The translations under genes and the position numbers were made by a program. From Candidatus Poribacteria bacterium (GTDB taxonomy: Bacteria; Poribacteria; WGA-4E; PCPOR2b), in NCBI GenBank assembly GCA_965208675.1, contig OZ242351.1, positions 3,008,001-3,072,000 on the forward strand: a stretch of 64,000 nt of DNA, read 5' to 3'. Below, piece after piece: positions 49,185 through 60,263 of the stretch (its first letter is position 1; every line of letters starts with the position of its first letter). Under the pieces are notes generated by a model, which was given only the letters and a program-made list of their open reading frames with translations, had not been told where the DNA came from and searched no databases.

Positions 49185-49760
49185 AACCTATACTGCCAGC
49201 TATTTTACAACATCTACGCAAAAAAGTCAAGAAAAAGACAGTTCCCGTAGGTTGGGTAGAGCGGATTACTCCATTAACGCCCTTTCACCCACAAACCGTT
49301 CCAAATTTGGAATGAAGCTTGGCGGAAAAATGCGCACAGCGAAACCCAACTCTTTTGAAACCTCCCGCACACCAACTGATTACCTGCCCCCCCCAATCAT
49401 AGCCCATCATTTAATCACACGAACCACAGTTCAGACAAAAACTGTAAAGTTTCACAGTAACGTTGTCCAAGGATGTCCGGTTATTGGAAACAATCGGACT
49501 GAAATCCAGTCCCAGACTGAATTTCACGCTTCCAAAATCTCGACCTTGTGTCCGGTTCCGCTTCAATCTACTGTGAAAACTGTGAAATTTACATTTGCCT
49601 CTCTTAAAAGTAGTAGGCATACTCCGTATGCCGCAACCCTCGCCCCAATACCGCCATCCGGCTTTAAAGCAATAGCAGAAAATCATTGACAATCGCGTCG
49701 ACGCTAGATAAAGTATATCTGATATTGTTCCCATAATCTCCACCCCTAAGGATGAGGACA

Positions 49761-51299
49761 ATGAACCGTGACACCATTGTCGTTTTAGATTTTGGATCGC
49801 AGTATACGCAGTTGATTACCAGGCGCATTCGTGAACAAGAGGTGTACTGTGAAATTCATCCATATTATACCCCCGCCGATCGGTTAGCCTCCATGCAGCC
49901 AAAGGGAATAGTCTTATCCGGCGGCCCCTCAAGCGTTTACGCGTCAGATGCGCCCCTTCCCGATTCCGGGGTTTTTGCGCTTGGAATTCCCATTCTAGGC
50001 ATATGTTACGGCATGCAGCTCGTCGCACACCTGTCAAATGGCGGTGTGGTACACCCAGCCGATGAACGTGAATACGGTTCGGCAGAGCTGGTCGTTGATT
50101 TACCGATTCCGCTGTTCGCAAATTTGCGGGGCGAGGTGAACGTGTGGATGAGTCACGGCGATCGAATCGAGGTGCTGCCGCAAGGATTCCTCCAGATCGC
50201 CCACACGCGCAACTCGCCAATCGCGGCGATGGGTGATATAGACCGGGATATCTACGGGTTGCAGTTCCATCCCGAGGTCGTTCACACAAAAGATGATAAT
50301 CAGATTCTCTCCAACTTTGTCTTTGAAATCTGTGAGTGCAGCAAAGGATGGACCATGAAATCTTTTGTCGCCGAGGCAACGGAGAAAATCCAAAAGCAGA
50401 TTCAAGGACATCGCGTGTTGTGCGCCGTGAGCGGCGGCGTTGACTCAACCGTCCTTGCAGTTTTGCTCCGGCGCGCTATCGGCGAAGCGCTTGCTTGCGT
50501 GTTTGTTAACAACGGCTTGTTGCGGAAAAATGAAGCGGAAGGCGTGATTGAAGATTTTCGGGAGCTTGGAATCGAAGTGCACTGCATCGACGCAACAGAT
50601 CGATTCCTGAATTGCCTCGCCAACGTTGACAATCCCGAAGGAAAACGCAAGCGTATCGGGAACCAGTTTATCGAAGTTTTTCGAGACGAGTTGGGGACGT
50701 TAGGGGCGATTGACCACCTTGCGCAGGGCACCCTCTACCCCGATGTAATCGAAAGTGTGTCCGTCAAAGGGCCTTCCGCAACCATAAAGACGCACCATAA
50801 TGTTGGCGGCTTGCCCAAAGATTTACCCTTCAAACTCGTCGAACCGTTCCGAGATTTGTTCAAAGACGAGGTGCGCGCAGTAGGCATCGAGTTAGGCATC
50901 CCGAAACCGATTCTTGGGCGGCATCCTTTTCCAGGTCCCGGTTTAGCTGTCCGAGTTATCGGCGCTGTTACTCAAGAGCGGCTAGAAATTCTCCGTGAAG
51001 CGGACGAAATCTTCATCGCAGAAATTAAGAAAGCTGGTTTGTATAATGAGATTTGGCAAGCACTGGCGGTGCTGCTGCCAGTTAAGAGTGTCGGAGTGAT
51101 GGGAGATGAGCGAACTTACGAAAACGTGGTCGCGCTCCGCGCCGTCACCAGCACCGATGCCATGACCGCGGATTGGGCGCGCATTCCTGACGCCGTTTTA
51201 GCGGTAATCTCCAATCGCATCATCAACGAAGTGCAAGGCATTAACCGCGTCGTTTATGATATTAGCTCAAAACCGCCTAGCACCATTGAATGGGAGTAA
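49761..51299 (+). CDS. guaA: GMP synthase (glutamine-hydrolysing)
   Basis: LDFGSQY; GICYGMQ; QFHPEV; SGGVDS; IKTHHNVGG; [11 protein letters not shown]. Confidence 0.98.
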   Translation: MNRDTIVVLDFGSQYTQLITRRIREQEVYCEIHPYYTPADRLASMQPKGIVLSGGPSSVYASDAPLPDSGVFALGIPILGICYGMQLVAHLSNGGVVHPADEREYGSAELVVDLPIPLFANLRGEVNVWMSHGDRIEVLPQGFLQIAHTRNSPIAAMGDIDRDIYGLQFHPEVVHTKDDNQILSNFVFEICECSKGWTMKSFVAEATEKIQKQIQGHRVLCAVSGGVDSTVLAVLLRRAIGEALACVFVNNGLLRKNEAEGVIEDFRELGIEVHCIDATDRFLNCLANVDNPEGKRKRIGNQFIEVFRDELGTLGAIDHLAQGTLYPDVIESVSVKGPSATIKTHHNVGGLPKDLPFKLVEPFRDLFKDEVRAVGIELGIPKPILGRHPFPGPGLAVRVIGAVTQERLEILREADEIFIAEIKKAGLYNEIWQALAVLLPVKSVGVMGDERTYENVVALRAVTSTDAMTADWARIPDAVLAVISNRIINEVQGINRVVYDISSKPPSTIEWE

Positions 51300-51453
51300 G
51301 CTCTTTCCCAAGCCATTTTCTTGCTTCTCAACATGGGACACGTCTTGGGTATATTCACGTCGATCCGGCAAGGTGGGAATAGTAGATTCATCTTGAAATA
51401 ACCACGTTTTTAACCCCCTAAATCCCCCTTATCAGGGAACTCTTGAACTTATA

Positions 51454-53616
51454 ATGACCGATCTCCTCAAATCTCTGAACTCAGTTCAACGCAGAGCGGT
51501 CCAACATACCGAAGGCCCCCTGCTGCTATTGTCAGGGGCAGGCAGCGGCAAAACCCGGGTAATTACCCACCGCATCGCCTACCTCATCCGCCAACGCAAA
51601 ATTTCACCGTTTAATATTCTTGCCGTAACCTTCACCAATAAAGCTGCCGCAGAGATGAAAGCGCGTCTTGAGAGTCTAATTGGCCCCGACAGTCAATCCG
51701 TGTGGGCAGCGACCTTCCATTCAACCTGTGCGCGGATTCTCCGCAAGGATATTGAACGGCTCGGTTATTCCCGCTACTTCACGATTTACGATACCGTTGA
51801 CCAGCTTACGCTTGTTAAAAATATTCTCAAGCAACTCCAACTCCGTGAGAGCGATGTTCATCCAAGGGCTGCCCTCAGTACCATAAGCAACGCCAAGAAC
51901 GAACTCACTACCCCTGAAATGTACGCAAAGGCAGTCAGCGATTACATTGAGGAACGCATCGCACAGATTTATCGCATGTACCAAGACCGGCTTCGGGAAA
52001 ACAACGCCCTCGATTTTGACGACCTTATCATGCTAACCGTCGAGCTGTTTGAATCGCATCCGGATGTGCTTGGTTACTATCAGAGTAAATTTCGATATAT
52101 CCTCATTGATGAGTATCAGGACACAAACCACAGCCAGTATCGACTGATGCATGCGTTGGCGAATAAGCATCACAACATCTGCGCCGTAGGCGACGACGAT
52201 CAGTCGATATACTCGTGGAGAGGTGCCGACATCAACAACATCCTCGACTTCGAGCGGGACTATCCGAATGCCGCTGTCCTTCGCTTAGAGCAAAACTACC
52301 GTTCCACACAAAATATCCTCGAAGCAGCATATGAAGTTGTCCGGAACAATCAGAAGCGAACCGAGAAAAAACTCTGGACGCAGAATAAGATGGGAGAGTG
52401 CATCCGCTGCTTTCAGGCACAAGACGAGAACGAGGAGGCGGACGTAGTTTTACGGGAGATTGAGCGCTGGCGGGAAAAGGACGTGAAATACGGAGAATGT
52501 GTAATCTTCTATCGAATCAACGCACAGTCCCGAACCTTTGAGGATGCGCTCAGAAAAGCCAATATCCCGTATCAGATTGTGGGCAGTGTCCGATTCTATG
52601 AGCGAATGGAAATTAAAGACATAATGGCGTATCTGCGCGTAATTGTCAACCCGGCGGACGCAATCAGTCTCAGGCGTATCATTAACGTCCCGCGTCGAGG
52701 AATTGGCGACACGACGCTGCAGCGGCTGGAGATTTTCGCTAGCGAAGCAAACATCTCCCTGTTCGAGGCTATCAAAGGAGTCGGAGAGGTCGACAGGCTT
52801 CGTCATGCGGAACGGGACAGAGTGCGAAAATTCGCTAAACTCATCGACTCCTTTGATGCAGACGATGCACCGGCTAACACAATAGAACAACTACTCGACC
52901 GCTCCGGTTACCTTAAATCTCTGACGCAAGAAGGCACTATTGAAGCGCAAGGCCGGGTCGAGAACGTCCATGAGTTTATCACTGCCGCCATTGAATATGA
53001 GGCGCGTGACGCCGAACCGTCGTTAGCCGGATTTTTGGAGATGATTACGCTAGTCGCTGACATCGACACTATGGATGACAAAAGCGACGTGGTCACGCTC
53101 ATGACGCTGCATAGCGCAAAAGGGTTGGAATTTCCGATTGTATTCATGGCCGGGATGGAAGAAGGATTATTGCCGCATCAGCGTTCATTCTCCAGCGAAG
53201 CCGAACTCGAGGAGGAACGGCGGCTCTGTTACGTCGGCATTACACGCGCGAAAGAGCAGGTCTACATGATCCATGCCCGCGAGCGGCGGCAATACGGCTA
53301 CACCGACTATCGGATGCCTTCGCGTTTCATTGAAGAAATTCCCCACGAATTGCTGGATCGCGAAGATGTCTTTCAGCCGCCGCACCGTCCGGTCGTTTCG
53401 TCCTACGACCCCGATACGCCCGACGCTGATGAGGGCTTCGCATTCGATTACGACGTTGGTGAGGTGGTCTACCACACAAAATTCGGAAAAGGCAAAATTA
53501 CCGCCATGAGCGGATATGGACCCGATATGCGCCTTACTATACGGTTCACGCGCGGAATCGAAAAAACACTAATGGCAGGTTACGCAAAGCTGCAAAGAGC
53601 AGGAAGTGATTATTGA
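51454..53616 (+). CDS. pcrA: ATP-dependent DNA helicase PcrA/UvrD
   Basis: GAGSGKT; DEYQDTN; VGDDDQSIY; LEQNYRST; TLHSAKGLEF; EERRLCYVGITRA. Confidence 0.95.
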   Translation: MTDLLKSLNSVQRRAVQHTEGPLLLLSGAGSGKTRVITHRIAYLIRQRKISPFNILAVTFTNKAAAEMKARLESLIGPDSQSVWAATFHSTCARILRKDIERLGYSRYFTIYDTVDQLTLVKNILKQLQLRESDVHPRAALSTISNAKNELTTPEMYAKAVSDYIEERIAQIYRMYQDRLRENNALDFDDLIMLTVELFESHPDVLGYYQSKFRYILIDEYQDTNHSQYRLMHALANKHHNICAVGDDDQSIYSWRGADINNILDFERDYPNAAVLRLEQNYRSTQNILEAAYEVVRNNQKRTEKKLWTQNKMGECIRCFQAQDENEEADVVLREIERWREKDVKYGECVIFYRINAQSRTFEDALRKANIPYQIVGSVRFYERMEIKDIMAYLRVIVNPADAISLRRIINVPRRGIGDTTLQRLEIFASEANISLFEAIKGVGEVDRLRHAERDRVRKFAKLIDSFDADDAPANTIEQLLDRSGYLKSLTQEGTIEAQGRVENVHEFITAAIEYEARDAEPSLAGFLEMITLVADIDTMDDKSDVVTLMTLHSAKGLEFPIVFMAGMEEGLLPHQRSFSSEAELEEERRLCYVGITRAKEQVYMIHARERRQYGYTDYRMPSRFIEEIPHELLDREDVFQPPHRPVVSSYDPDTPDADEGFAFDYDVGEVVYHTKFGKGKITAMSGYGPDMRLTIRFTRGIEKTLMAGYAKLQRAGSDY

Positions 53617-53730
53617 AACCGAGTTTCTTCCTGAACCCGAGTTTTTACTTCAAAACTCGGGTTCTTCAACCATTTACAACAGTTGAAAATTTATCGTAAC
53701 GTAGAAACGCGAAAGGTTAGGAATACCCAG

Positions 53731-54021
53731 ATGGCAACCATTACGACAGAAGAAGTGAAACACGTCGCTGCCCTTGCACGGCTCGAGTTCAACGAAGAAG
53801 ATATTCAGCAGTTCGCCCATCAACTCGCCCGCATTATAGACTATATTGGAAAGTTGAACGAATTGGATACGGCCGACGTACCGCCGACTTCACATGTCCT
53901 TCCTATCCGCAATATCGTCAAAGCAGATGTCCCGAAGCCAACCAATCCTCGAGACGATTTTTTGGAAGGCGCCCCGAGCGCCCAGGAAGGATATTTTGAG
54001 GTGCCGAAAGTCATTGAGTAA
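53731..54021 (+). CDS. gatC: Asp/Glu-tRNA amidotransferase subunit C
   Basis: EVKHVAALARL...LNELDT..VPPTSH...YFEVPKVIE. Confidence 0.95.
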   Translation: MATITTEEVKHVAALARLEFNEEDIQQFAHQLARIIDYIGKLNELDTADVPPTSHVLPIRNIVKADVPKPTNPRDDFLEGAPSAQEGYFEVPKVIE

Positions 54022-54077
54022 ACAGCGAGGGATTTGAGATTTTACGTAAACGAAAAAGACGCAAAGGAATCGAAACT

Positions 54078-54434
54078 TTGAAACAGCGGGTGTGCGAACA
54101 TCAAAAGAAAATTGCCGATGAAAAAGATAAACCGATTACTAACATAAACCAAATCAAGCATGACGAGATTGACCGCTTGGATATTCTTCTAAAAAAATAC
54201 CTTCCGACGCTTAAAGCGAAGAAACGCGCGATGATTGCCCTTCACTTGAGCGACATTGCCGGAGAAATACCAAATTTTGAAAAGTGTTATACCGCACTTG
54301 TGCAAAGCGAAGAAATCTCTGAGGATAATCTCGCTGACTGTATGGAGGAGATGGAAATTTCAATTATCCACATGCTTAATCACATGAAAGACCTGAAGCC
54401 GCTGCTCAAGCAAGCCGTCAATGTGTTGCCATGA
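54078..54434 (+). CDS. Hypothetical helical protein between gatC and gatA
   Basis: 118-aa ORF filling the gap; start uncertain. Confidence 0.45.
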   Translation: MKQRVCEHQKKIADEKDKPITNINQIKHDEIDRLDILLKKYLPTLKAKKRAMIALHLSDIAGEIPNFEKCYTALVQSEEISEDNLADCMEEMEISIIHMLNHMKDLKPLLKQAVNVLP

Positions 54435-54459
54435 TTATCCACAAAGGAGTACACGTTTC

Positions 54460-55920
54460 ATGCCGTTACACGAACTGGCAGCCCACGAACTTCACCAAAA
54501 ATTGAAAGCGCGCGAAATCACTTCGGTTGAACTTACGCAATCCGTTTACGACCGAATCAGCGCCGTCGAACAACGGGTACAAGGGTACATCACGTTAACG
54601 AAGGACATCGCTTTCGAGCAAGCCGAAGTTGCGGACGCGGGTTTCGAACGCGGGGAGGAAATGCAGCCCCTCGCAGGAATTCCAATCGCAGTCAAGGACG
54701 TAATCTGTACCAAAGACGTGTTGACAACCTGCGGCTCCAAGATTCTGCACAACTTCATTTCGCCCTACGACGCCACCGTTATGACTAAAATTCGTCATCA
54801 AGGATTTGTAATGATCGGCAAGACAAACATGGACGAATTTGCGATGGGGTCATCAACAGAGAATTCAGCGTTTAAAATTACTCGCAATCCCTGGAATCTG
54901 GATACCATCCCCGGTGGTTCAAGCGGCGGATCCGCAGCCGTGGTCGCCGCAGACGCTGCAATCTGCGCCCTCGGATCGGACACTGGCGGTTCAATTCGAC
55001 AACCCGCCGCGCTGTGCGGTGTCGTTGGAATGAAGCCGACTTACGGGCGTGTGTCACGGTATGGGCTTGTGGCGTTCGCGTCGTCTTTAGATCAGATTGG
55101 CCCCTTCTCCAAAGATGTGACCGATTGCGCTTTGATGCTCAACGCTATCTGTGGGCACGACCCCATGGATTCTACCTCCGTGAATCGTCCCGACACAGAC
55201 TTCACCCGGAGCCTAGTCAACGGCATCAGTGGAATCAAAATCGGCATCCCAAAGGAATATTTCATTGAAGGGTTAGATGCAGATGTGGAAGACAGGGTTC
55301 GGGGCGCAATTGAAGTGCTTCGTGGGTGCGGTGCAATCATCGAAGAGATTTCCTTACCCCACACCGAATATGCCATCGCAACATATTACATCATCGCTCC
55401 TGCTGAAGCCAGTGCCAATCTAGCGCGGTACGATGGCGTTCGATTCGGATTTCGTGCCAGTAACGCCGAAAACCTCATTGACATGTACAGAAAGACGCGG
55501 AGCCAAGGGTTCGGAGAAGAAGTTAAACGCCGAATCATGCTCGGTACTTACGCGCTCAGTTCGGGATACTATGATGCCTACTATCTAAAAGCACAAAAAG
55601 TACGGACACTGATTAAGTCCGATTTTGATAGTGCATTTGAAAAAGTTGATGTCATCGCCGCACCGACTTCACCAACACCGGCATTTAAGGTTGGTGAGCG
55701 GACAGACGATCCGTTACAGATGTACCTTTCAGACATTTTGACTACGCCGGCGAGTCTCGCGGGTATACCTGCAATCTCCATGCCGTGCGGTTTGACGCAT
55801 AGCGGGTTGCCTGTCGGCTTGCAAATTATCGCCCCGGCGTTTGAAGAGAACAAAATCCTGCAAGTGGCGTACACTTATGAACAACACACCGGCGGCCATC
55901 AAAAAAAGCCGAACTTTTGA
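54460..55920 (+). CDS. gatA: Asp/Glu-tRNA amidotransferase subunit A
   Basis: [17 protein letters not shown]; GGSSGGS; [12 protein letters not shown]; NLARYDGVR. Confidence 0.97.
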   Translation: MPLHELAAHELHQKLKAREITSVELTQSVYDRISAVEQRVQGYITLTKDIAFEQAEVADAGFERGEEMQPLAGIPIAVKDVICTKDVLTTCGSKILHNFISPYDATVMTKIRHQGFVMIGKTNMDEFAMGSSTENSAFKITRNPWNLDTIPGGSSGGSAAVVAADAAICALGSDTGGSIRQPAALCGVVGMKPTYGRVSRYGLVAFASSLDQIGPFSKDVTDCALMLNAICGHDPMDSTSVNRPDTDFTRSLVNGISGIKIGIPKEYFIEGLDADVEDRVRGAIEVLRGCGAIIEEISLPHTEYAIATYYIIAPAEASANLARYDGVRFGFRASNAENLIDMYRKTRSQGFGEEVKRRIMLGTYALSSGYYDAYYLKAQKVRTLIKSDFDSAFEKVDVIAAPTSPTPAFKVGERTDDPLQMYLSDILTTPASLAGIPAISMPCGLTHSGLPVGLQIIAPAFEENKILQVAYTYEQHTGGHQKKPNF

Positions 55921-55986
55921 TTCGCAGCGGATTCTAAACGGTAGTCGAGATCTCCGAATCGCGAAATCTTTAATGATAGGAGCAAT

Positions 55987-56496
55987 ATGAACAATCCGAA
56001 ACCGGCTAACCTTGTCTTTGTCCCTACAGGCGGACTAATCGGCGCCGTTGTCGGGGGAATGCTTTGGGCAAAGTATGTCCAGTGGACAGGCTACACAGCA
56101 GGCGGGGTCGCGTTCGCCATCGGCGTCTTCACTGGACTCGGCGTACTGTTGACAGGCAGATCTCGGCGGATAAGTGTCTGCTCAATCGCCTCGCTGTTTG
56201 CCGTCCTTGGTATCATTTTCGGTAAATACCTTGATGTCCGTTGGAACGCCCTCGAACGGATTAAAACTCAACTCATGGACACGCAGGGAATCTCCTCCAA
56301 TCAAGCTGAACCCATAGCGCAGACCATTTTCGCGGGGCATTCTACGTGGGAACTCATGCGGGACCAGATGCAGTGGATAGATTTAATCTTTTACGCCATT
56401 GCCGCCTTCATTGCGATTTATGTCGTTCGCAGCCGAGTCCTCCACCGAATTTTCTTCAAATCTAAACAATCAAACATAACACATCAAGACCCATAA
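55987..56496 (+). CDS. Hypothetical membrane protein
   Basis: AGGAG RBS; Gly-rich TM helices. Confidence 0.7.
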   Translation: MNNPKPANLVFVPTGGLIGAVVGGMLWAKYVQWTGYTAGGVAFAIGVFTGLGVLLTGRSRRISVCSIASLFAVLGIIFGKYLDVRWNALERIKTQLMDTQGISSNQAEPIAQTIFAGHSTWELMRDQMQWIDLIFYAIAAFIAIYVVRSRVLHRIFFKSKQSNITHQDP

Positions 56497-56536
56497 CTTG
56501 AAACAAACTAACTGAATTCAATCAAAACCGCAATAG

Positions 56537-57994
56537 GTGAATATTATGAAACCAAATCGACCCGTTCTAACAAGTTGGCTCGGTGGTGTTTTAATTTTGG
56601 GATGCATGCTATCCTTCATCCCGATAATGGTTATCGCACAGGATGAAGAGCCGGCCTCCGGAAATCCGCTCGAAGATGAACTTTTGGAACAAATTCAGCT
56701 TTTTTCTGAAATACTCGCCCGCACACAACAGGATCACCGAGACAATCCTGAAGCCAAGCAACTCATTTACGGTGCGATTCGTGGTATGCTGCGAACGCTA
56801 GACCCCTACAGCCAGTTCTTCGAACCAGAAAGTTTCGCTGAATTGCGCGAGGAAAACCGCGGAACTTATGGCGGTCTCGGCATGGCAATCGGCATTCGAG
56901 GCAATCGGTTGACGGTCATCACCCCCTTCAAGAACACGCCTGCCGGTCAGGCAGGCATTCAAAGCGGAGACGTCATCGAGGAAATCGAGGGAAAAGAGAC
57001 AGCGAATATGACTCTCGAAGAGGCTGTTAAACTCCTTCGAGGCGAGCCGGGGACGCAAGTGAAGGTCACAATTATCCGCGAGGGAGAACTCGAAAAGCTG
57101 GAAGTAACCATGACGCGGGATGTCATCCGTTTTCCCAACGTCGAATCCAAAACGCTCAAGGGGAATATCGGATATATCCGGATTAACCAATTCCGCCAAA
57201 CAACAGCCGCAGATGTTGATGATGTCTTTAAAACCTTCAACCAGCAAGATATTCGTGGAATTATTTTGGATTTAAGATCCAATCCCGGTGGAATTCTTCA
57301 GTCTGCCGTTGAAATTGCGAGTTGCTTTTTGGAGCCCGAGCAGTTAATCGTCTATACCCAAGGAAAACAGCCGAGGCAAAACTTCGTCGCCATCGAAGCG
57401 AAACTGCAGAAGCACTACCCGCTAGTGGTGCTTGTGAACTTCGGCAGCGCAAGCGGATCTGAGATTGTTGCGGCAGCCATAAAAGATCACGGGCGCGGCT
57501 TAGTCATGGGTCAAAAAACCTACGGTAAGGCTTCGGTGCAGCAAATATTTCCGCTCAGCGGCGGCGCCGCAGTCAAGTTAACTACAGCCCACTACTACAG
57601 CCCTAACGGTGTTGACATCCATGATGACGGTATCTCTCCCAACATCGAACTGCCGTGGTTTAACAGGCCTGAAGTCAAAATGTTACGAAAACTCAACACT
57701 AACGAGAAAATCAAGGCATACATTGAGAACAATGGTGATGACATCCTAAATCAGCTAGAAATAGCACGTGCAGCGCCGAGAAACGATGCTGAGGCACAGG
57801 CGCTTCTTAGAAAATTCCGGCAACTGGTGGATATGCTCGCAAATGAACAAATTATTTTGAGCGATGCAGGCATAAAGCTGGCAATTGCGCGTCAGACAGA
57901 AAACGATCTCGATCAGTACGAATTCGATCCTCAGATTTCCTTAGCTATCCAGCAGTTACAAGCCGGCGCACTTCTCCAAACAATGTACGAGTAA
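56537..57994 (+). CDS. ctpA: S41 C-terminal processing peptidase (PDZ)
   Basis: LDPYS; GGLG; LDLRSNPGG; SASGSEI; TYGKASVQ. Confidence 0.92.
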   Translation: MNIMKPNRPVLTSWLGGVLILGCMLSFIPIMVIAQDEEPASGNPLEDELLEQIQLFSEILARTQQDHRDNPEAKQLIYGAIRGMLRTLDPYSQFFEPESFAELREENRGTYGGLGMAIGIRGNRLTVITPFKNTPAGQAGIQSGDVIEEIEGKETANMTLEEAVKLLRGEPGTQVKVTIIREGELEKLEVTMTRDVIRFPNVESKTLKGNIGYIRINQFRQTTAADVDDVFKTFNQQDIRGIILDLRSNPGGILQSAVEIASCFLEPEQLIVYTQGKQPRQNFVAIEAKLQKHYPLVVLVNFGSASGSEIVAAAIKDHGRGLVMGQKTYGKASVQQIFPLSGGAAVKLTTAHYYSPNGVDIHDDGISPNIELPWFNRPEVKMLRKLNTNEKIKAYIENNGDDILNQLEIARAAPRNDAEAQALLRKFRQLVDMLANEQIILSDAGIKLAIARQTENDLDQYEFDPQISLAIQQLQAGALLQTMYE

Positions 57995-58054
57995 AATCAA
58001 CGGCCCCCATTATGCGTACGATTAACCACTAAATCACAGTTCAGACAACAGATT

Positions 58055-58834
58055 ATGATTACCAAACGCATTATCCCCTGCCTTGATGTCCGTGCTGGCA
58101 AAGTGACAAAAGGAATCGCCTTTCGTGGAAACGTTGACATCGGAGATCCCGTCGAAATGGCGAGTTTCTATTATGAGTGCGGTGCGGATGAGCTTGTCTT
58201 TTACGACATTACCGCTAGCAACGAAAGACGTGATATCATGATCGATGTTGTATCGGCGGTAGCGCTGGAAATCTTCATCCCATTCTCCGTCGGCGGAGGG
58301 CTTCGCACCTTGGAGGATATGCGCCGTGTACTGCTCGCAGGCGCTGAAAAAGTCAGTATTGACTCTGGCGCAGTCAGAAACCCGGACCTAATCGCAGAGG
58401 GCGCGAAGGCATTTGGTAGCCAGTGTATCGTCCTAAGTATGCAGGTGAAGAGCGTGCCGAAAAGCCATTCTATCCCGAGCGGTTACGAGGTCTATATTGA
58501 TGGGGGGCGCCGTGCTACTGGTTTGGATGCACTGCAGTGGACGCAGTGCGGCGTCGAATTGGGAGCAGGTGAGGTTGTGGTTAACAGTATAGATCAAGAT
58601 GGAACTAAAGCCGGATACGAACTCAAGCTAACACAGTTAATCACAGATGCGGTGCCTGTGCCCGTGGTTGCATCGGGCGGCGCCGGAAACCCGCAACATC
58701 TTCGCGACGTGTTCGTCGAAAGCCGTGCCGACGCCGCCATTGTTGCCTCCATCACCCACTACGGCGAATTTTCGATTGAAAACATCAAACGGCACCTCAA
58801 AGCGCAAAACGTGCCCGTTCGCAACACATGGTAG
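58055..58834 (+). CDS. hisF: Imidazole glycerol phosphate synthase cyclase subunit
   Basis: KRIIPCLDV; GADEL.F.DI.AS; SIDQDGT..GY; ASGGAG. Confidence 0.95.
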   Translation: MITKRIIPCLDVRAGKVTKGIAFRGNVDIGDPVEMASFYYECGADELVFYDITASNERRDIMIDVVSAVALEIFIPFSVGGGLRTLEDMRRVLLAGAEKVSIDSGAVRNPDLIAEGAKAFGSQCIVLSMQVKSVPKSHSIPSGYEVYIDGGRRATGLDALQWTQCGVELGAGEVVVNSIDQDGTKAGYELKLTQLITDAVPVPVVASGGAGNPQHLRDVFVESRADAAIVASITHYGEFSIENIKRHLKAQNVPVRNTW

Positions 58835-58997
58835 CCCGTCAACGCTAGTTTGGATATATTGACAACGGTTATTTCCCCTGTTAAAATCGGCATAGGAAGC
58901 ATGCGGTTGCCCCAACCTTTACGCATACGAACTTACAAGATGACCTATATGCACTTAGAATCTAGCATTGATGAACTTTACCAGGAGGTAACGAGTC

Positions 58998-60008
58998 ATG
59001 GAAATCCGGAAATCGTTCGCATGTGCAGTATGCGTCAGTCTTATTCTCTTGGCGGCCATCGCGGTGCCGAGAAGTGCCGCGGCGCAGGCACCCGATAATC
59101 CAACCATTGCGTTTACTGCCAACGCCGAAGGCGGTAATATCTGGCTGATGGATCCCGATGGGAAGAATCAGCGCCCAATTCTCGCGATCAAGGGAAACCC
59201 CGTACCCTTGGGTTTAGTGTGGTCACCGGACGGCAACAAGCTCGCCTTCCATACCGAAATCAGGAAGAACATTGATGTTTATTTAGCCGATGCTAACGGC
59301 GAGAATCTCCGCCAACTCACGAACCATGAGGCGGAGGATAGTTGGCCAAACTGGCACCCCGGCGGTCAAAAGATAGCGTTTGCCACCAATCGGGACGGAA
59401 ACTTTGAAATCTACGAGATGACTTCAAGAGGGGAAGTTCTGCAAAACATCACAAACGACGCTGTCTACGACAGTTATCCCGCATGGTCGCGTGACGGGCG
59501 GCATATTGCCTTCTCCTCCATTCGAGGGAAAACCCTCGGAGACATCTGGGTGATGGATGCAAGCGGCGAAAATCTTAAAAACCTCACAAATCATCGCGCC
59601 GAGGATTTCCGGCCGAGATGGTCTCCGGATAGTCAGAAGATAGCATGGCTTTCCCGCCGCACCGGTAGAGGCCATGTTTATGTGATGGACGCCGATGGCG
59701 AGAATTTTCTACAAATCGTAAAACCGCCTAGCTCCGAAAAGCGGGATCCCGAATGGTCTCCGGATGGTAAAAAAATTGCCTGCGTTCACTTCGCAGGAAA
59801 TATTGCAAGTATCCGAATTTTTGAGGCGGATGTGAAGGAACAAGACGCAGAGTTCGTCGAAATACTTCCGGCTATAGGCTTCCCGAACCGGGCGCCGGCG
59901 TGGTTCGACCCCGACTTTGTCAAGCCTTTCTCCGTTTCCCCCGCTGAAAAACGAAATCTCGCATGGGGTTGGCTCAAGCAGGCGGGAGACATGTTTTCCG
60001 ATAGATAG
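58998..60008 (+). CDS. TolB-like beta-propeller (PD40 repeats) secreted protein with 'AWGWLK' tail
   Basis: Repeated WSPDG.KIAF, RDGNFEIY, LTNH; C-terminal SVSPAEKRNLAWGWLKQ. Confidence 0.85.
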   Translation: MEIRKSFACAVCVSLILLAAIAVPRSAAAQAPDNPTIAFTANAEGGNIWLMDPDGKNQRPILAIKGNPVPLGLVWSPDGNKLAFHTEIRKNIDVYLADANGENLRQLTNHEAEDSWPNWHPGGQKIAFATNRDGNFEIYEMTSRGEVLQNITNDAVYDSYPAWSRDGRHIAFSSIRGKTLGDIWVMDASGENLKNLTNHRAEDFRPRWSPDSQKIAWLSRRTGRGHVYVMDADGENFLQIVKPPSSEKRDPEWSPDGKKIACVHFAGNIASIRIFEADVKEQDAEFVEILPAIGFPNRAPAWFDPDFVKPFSVSPAEKRNLAWGWLKQAGDMFSDR

Positions 60009-60263
60009 CGTCGGAAAATCAGAAGCTACGGGATTGACACTCGCTGCACCTCGTTGAATTGAGATATCCCAATCCTCGGATTGTTTCTTCGGTCAACAGA
60101 CTAAGACTTCAAGCCTATTCTTCGCCGCGGATGTAGTTATTGAAGTGCTTGTACCAACTGCCTCTATCCCACCAAGCCGCGAAGTTGACGATTGCCGATT
60201 GGCCCAAAAACGTCAATCCAAAACTGAGCAGTGCGCATGCCCCAATCCCGTGCCGGGTGATTT

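Noticed and set aside
49093-49761. ORFs 49093-49689 (+) and 49411-49761 (-)
   Set aside because: They overlap the riboswitch, REP elements and the guaA upstream region, and have no protein-like features.
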